A stretch of DNA of 64,000 nucleotides, from positions 3,872,001 through 3,936,000 of the forward strand of contig CAXXJJ010000004.1 in assembly GCA_963667015.2 (NCBI GenBank), written 5' to 3'. Each line of letters opens with the position of its first letter. Position 1 is the stretch's first letter. The stretch is from Desulfatiglandales bacterium (GTDB lineage: Bacteria > Desulfobacterota > DSM-4660 > Desulfatiglandales > HGW-15). Shown piece by piece: positions 61,157 through 64,000 of the stretch. The notes beneath the pieces were generated by a model. It was not told where the DNA came from, ran no database searches, and was given only the letters and a program-made list of their open reading frames with translations. A program made the position numbers and the translations under genes.

Positions 61157-62751
61157 TAATGTTTTATAATAAAATAACAATTTTAAAAACCTCCCTTCAG
61201 AGTAATGGAGACCTATGTTAACAAAGGCAAAAAATCGAAATAAATTAGGTTTGCAATATCATACATTTAGTGGCAATAAGGTAAAAGGCTATTCAAAACT
61301 CAAAAAAGTGCAACATCTTAAAAACACAAAACAGATAATACAGGTATACAATCCCCATAGGCAATGGGCCGCGGCTAAGTACAACATGATTGTATATGGA
61401 ATGAAGCCTAGCTTTTTACCATCTTTATATATAAATTACTGATTCTGAACTAGGAACAGGATATTTTTTTTGCTTCACTCCACATACAATCTTAAACGTT
61501 CTGGCGTTTCCCGAAAATCTTTATACGTAACTGGGAACTAACAATTGCTTTTTTTGCCAGCCTTTTATGATTTATTTCGTTCATTCCGCAAAAGGTTTGC
61601 TTTTGCTGTAGTATCAATTATAGCGGCCTTATGCATTGTATATTCATCAAATTCCTATATATTACTACCTTCAATGGTTATAATTGCTCTCTATCTAATT
61701 TTATATCTTTTGCGCACTTTTAGAAAAGCATACAGATCAAGTATATATGAGGAATTAGGTAATCAAATAAAAGAACTGCGGAAAACAATAGAGGACAAAG
61801 GCCATACATTTTGGAAAAGAGAAAAGTATCCACCGGATACAAAAAAATATAATGAACAATGTTTAAGCTTCTATACAATCAATTCTGGTATAGATATTAT
61901 TAGCGAAAAAACTCCACAATATAGCTAAAAGCCGTAAACCTGATTTACATCTTATTTTTTCTTGGACCTTTACTGTATTATTGACTTCCTTTCTGTACGC
62001 ATTTGAATATTGGGGTTTATACAAAATTGAAAATTCCAGCTTTAAGACCGCTCATGACCTCGTCCTACTGGAATTTTTTAGGATTTAGTTTTGAAAAATT
62101 AATTCCATCAAATATATCTTCTTTAGTTCCAGTAAAATTACCCGCAATAATTTTGTCATATTCCGAAACTTTCTGTGCACTTATAATTTTAGTAATTTTA
62201 GTTTTTTCCGTTTTAACTGCTGCAAGAGATAGATACAGAGAGGATATTGATGATTTTATTTTAGAATTAAGGGAACTGGGCTCCTACCTTCAAAATGATT
62301 TTTATAAACTTTATTCTATTGCTGTAAATGATGTTGAAATAATTTTACTCGCAAGTAATGCAGTAATGGTAAACCATGTACGAAAATATAAAGGTCTCCC
62401 TAGTTTATCATTACCGAAAGAAGTAGAATCTAATAGCTTAGATGTGTCAAAATAATCTGCAATTTATTATGAATAAAATAAAATCCATATAAAACAATCA
62501 TTAATTTAATGGAAAAAACAACTTTTTGAATCATCTTAAACAATAAACTTCTTTTCCCTACCCTCCCTCTTCTCATACTCCTCAAGAAATTTACTCCCAT
62601 CCTGATGGGTCATATTGGGGATATATGAGAAGTACTTGTCAGTTATCATTTTCAAGGTTGAATTACTAAACAATTTCTACACCCAACCCAGGTCCTCTTT
62701 GGATGAAATCAGATTGACTTTCGTGTCTTTCTGCAGTATTAATATTGAAAA

Positions 62752-62779
62752 GGTTCACTTTTCATCAGAAAGGTGAACC
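62752..62779. repeat. Tyrosine-recombinase core-type site 1 (11-6-11)
   Basis: GGTTCACTTTT-CATCAG-AAAGGTGAACC. Confidence 0.7.
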
Positions 62780-63005
62780 TTTCTTTTTCTAAAACACCAA
62801 TCATTTAAAACTGAAAATCCTTTCATAATCGTCGTCGTATCACCTCCATAATATTGAGCTTTCTGAATCCAATCCGGATTAACTATTACCAATTTCACTG
62901 TTATTTATTTTCTACAGAAAAATCAAAAAGAGGAAATAAATACAGGCCATGCGTCCACCCTCCGAAAACCATTATATTTAAAAATATCAACTAAATCCAC
63001 CAAAC

Positions 63006-63683
63006 ATGGTCTTTCCAAAGTGGTTCACCTTTCTGATGAAAGGCGAACCAAAACAAAAGAAGAAGCGGTATGTCTGGATTATTGATGAGAGCAAATGCCT
63101 TACTACTGAGGAGGTAATCCGGCTTAGAGCTTATGGTGAAGGATTGAAAGTCCAGGGATTGCTCAAAAGAAATTTTTCAAAAATTAGGAACTGGTTCATG
63201 ATTGAACTTGGGCTTGAAACTGGGCTTAGGGTTGCTGAAATGGCCTCTCTAAAACATGGCAGCCTTTATATTGATGAATTCAGGTCATCGATTGTTGTTA
63301 TAGGAAAAGGATGTAAAATCCGGCCGGTATGGATAAGCTCTGAGTTTAAGAAAAAATGTTTGGAGTATATTAAATATAAAATTGAGTTTGGATTCAATAT
63401 CCATAGAGATTCATATTTTTTGAACAATCTCCAGGACAAGAAAATATCAAAAAGGGCATTACAGAAATTCTTTAAACAGATAATCCAAAAAACCGGTTTA
63501 CCGATTCGTTATCATATTCATTCTCTCAGACATACCTATGCAACCTTTCTTCTAAAAGCAAGTGGTAACAATTACAAATTTGCCAAGGACCAGCTTGGTC
63601 ATGAATCTATTAAAACAACTCAGATTTATGCAGGTGTGATTGAAACAGAAAGGAAGAAAGCTCTTGAAAACTTATACAAATAA
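63006..63683 (+). CDS. Short tyrosine recombinase (catalytic domain only, FimB-like size); start may be 63036
   Basis: TGLRVAE, GKG.K.R, HSLRHTYA, QLGHESIKTTQIY. Confidence 0.88.
   Translation: MVFPKWFTFLMKGEPKQKKKRYVWIIDESKCLTTEEVIRLRAYGEGLKVQGLLKRNFSKIRNWFMIELGLETGLRVAEMASLKHGSLYIDEFRSSIVVIGKGCKIRPVWISSEFKKKCLEYIKYKIEFGFNIHRDSYFLNNLQDKKISKRALQKFFKQIIQKTGLPIRYHIHSLRHTYATFLLKASGNNYKFAKDQLGHESIKTTQIYAGVIETERKKALENLYK
63022..63049. repeat. Tyrosine-recombinase core-type site 2 (inverted relative to site 1)
   Basis: GGTTCACCTTT-CTGATG-AAAGGCGAACC. Confidence 0.7.
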
Positions 63684-63701
63684 TTCTTTGGAGGGGATGT
63701 T

Positions 63702-64000
63702 ATGAGGATGAAATTATATGGCAATAATTTTTTCTATCGTTCTTTGATTGTAGTAGTCTTTACATTGGGTATTGTCGCAATTATTGCAAGCGGAGGTAGT
63801 GGCGGGGGTGACGATGAACAATTAACACGTTATTACCTTGATTCAGACGGTGATGGATATGGAGATTCGAATACTTCAGTTGAAAGGACGACTCAGCCGA
63901 CAGGGTATGTGATAAATTCAAGTGATTGTGATGATTCTGATAAAAACATTTATCCTGGGGCAGAAGAAATTTGTGATTTTGTAGATAATGATTGCGACGG
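63702..64000 (+). CDS. Secreted protein with putative metal-binding (MopE-like, DxDGDG/DCDD) repeat; runs off the window
   Basis: GGAGG RBS; signal/TM segment, then YYLDSDGDGYGD...DCDDSDKNIYPGAEEICDFVDNDCDG. Confidence 0.8.
   Translation, partial: MRMKLYGNNFFYRSLIVVVFTLGIVAIIASGGSGGGDDEQLTRYYLDSDGDGYGDSNTSVERTTQPTGYVINSSDCDDSDKNIYPGAEEICDFVDNDCD

Larger units (their letters stand above)
58952..61498 (+). mobile_element. Tyrosine integrase + IS91-like transposase element
   Basis: Two-gene cargo, GTT at both junctions, terminal imperfect inverted repeat 61383-61500. Confidence 0.8.
58673..62455 (+). pseudogene. Multi-TM membrane protein interrupted by the 58952-61498 element (also has small frameshifts)
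   Basis: Removing the insert rejoins ...YPFIIL-F-WRFPKIFIRNWELTIAF in frame; continues into ORFs 61545 and 62003. Confidence 0.75.

Noticed and set aside
61215..61442. 75-aa ORF at the end of the IS91-like element
   Set aside because: Overlaps the terminal hairpin and conserved-looking end sequence; no coding evidence

Overview
Bacterial chromosomal window, probably from an anaerobic Desulfobacterota-like organism (inferred from the gene families: PEP-CTERM, sigma54 promoters, LipS1/S2). From left to right: (1) an IS630 end, a sigma54-driven PEP-CTERM gene, hydantoinase/oxoprolinase A/B, galM, small genes and yjgA. (2) A RAYT transposase and a decayed array of small co-oriented genes separated by attC-like hairpins (about 9.6-14.3 kb). 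(3) An uncharacterised 12-kb operon of five secreted proteins behind a consensus sigma54 promoter: two paralogous pairs, each an Ig-like+NTF2-like protein and a giant helical protein ending in an NTF2-like domain, flanking an outer-membrane beta-barrel. (4) A LplA-LipT-LipS1-LipS2 lipoate assembly operon, a YfgM-like gene, dedA, purA, mnmG and a CCG Fe-S protein. (5) From about 38.3 kb, nested AT-rich accessory DNA: HEPN-like and PHP-ATPase (Ppl-like) genes followed by attC-like sites, an extended RIT element, and a tRNA-Pro 3' fragment (att site). The island beyond the att site holds an M48-like peptidase + dCTP deaminase operon and an XRE/ImmA-regulated SMODS-SLATT (CBASS-like) locus with extra membrane and micro-proteins. 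It also holds an integrase + IS91-like element inserted at G/TT with an attC-like end, and a probable invertible switch upstream of a tyrosine recombinase and a surface protein. Several frameshifts fall in homopolymer runs and may be assembly errors. All family calls are by motif recognition; no database searches were run.
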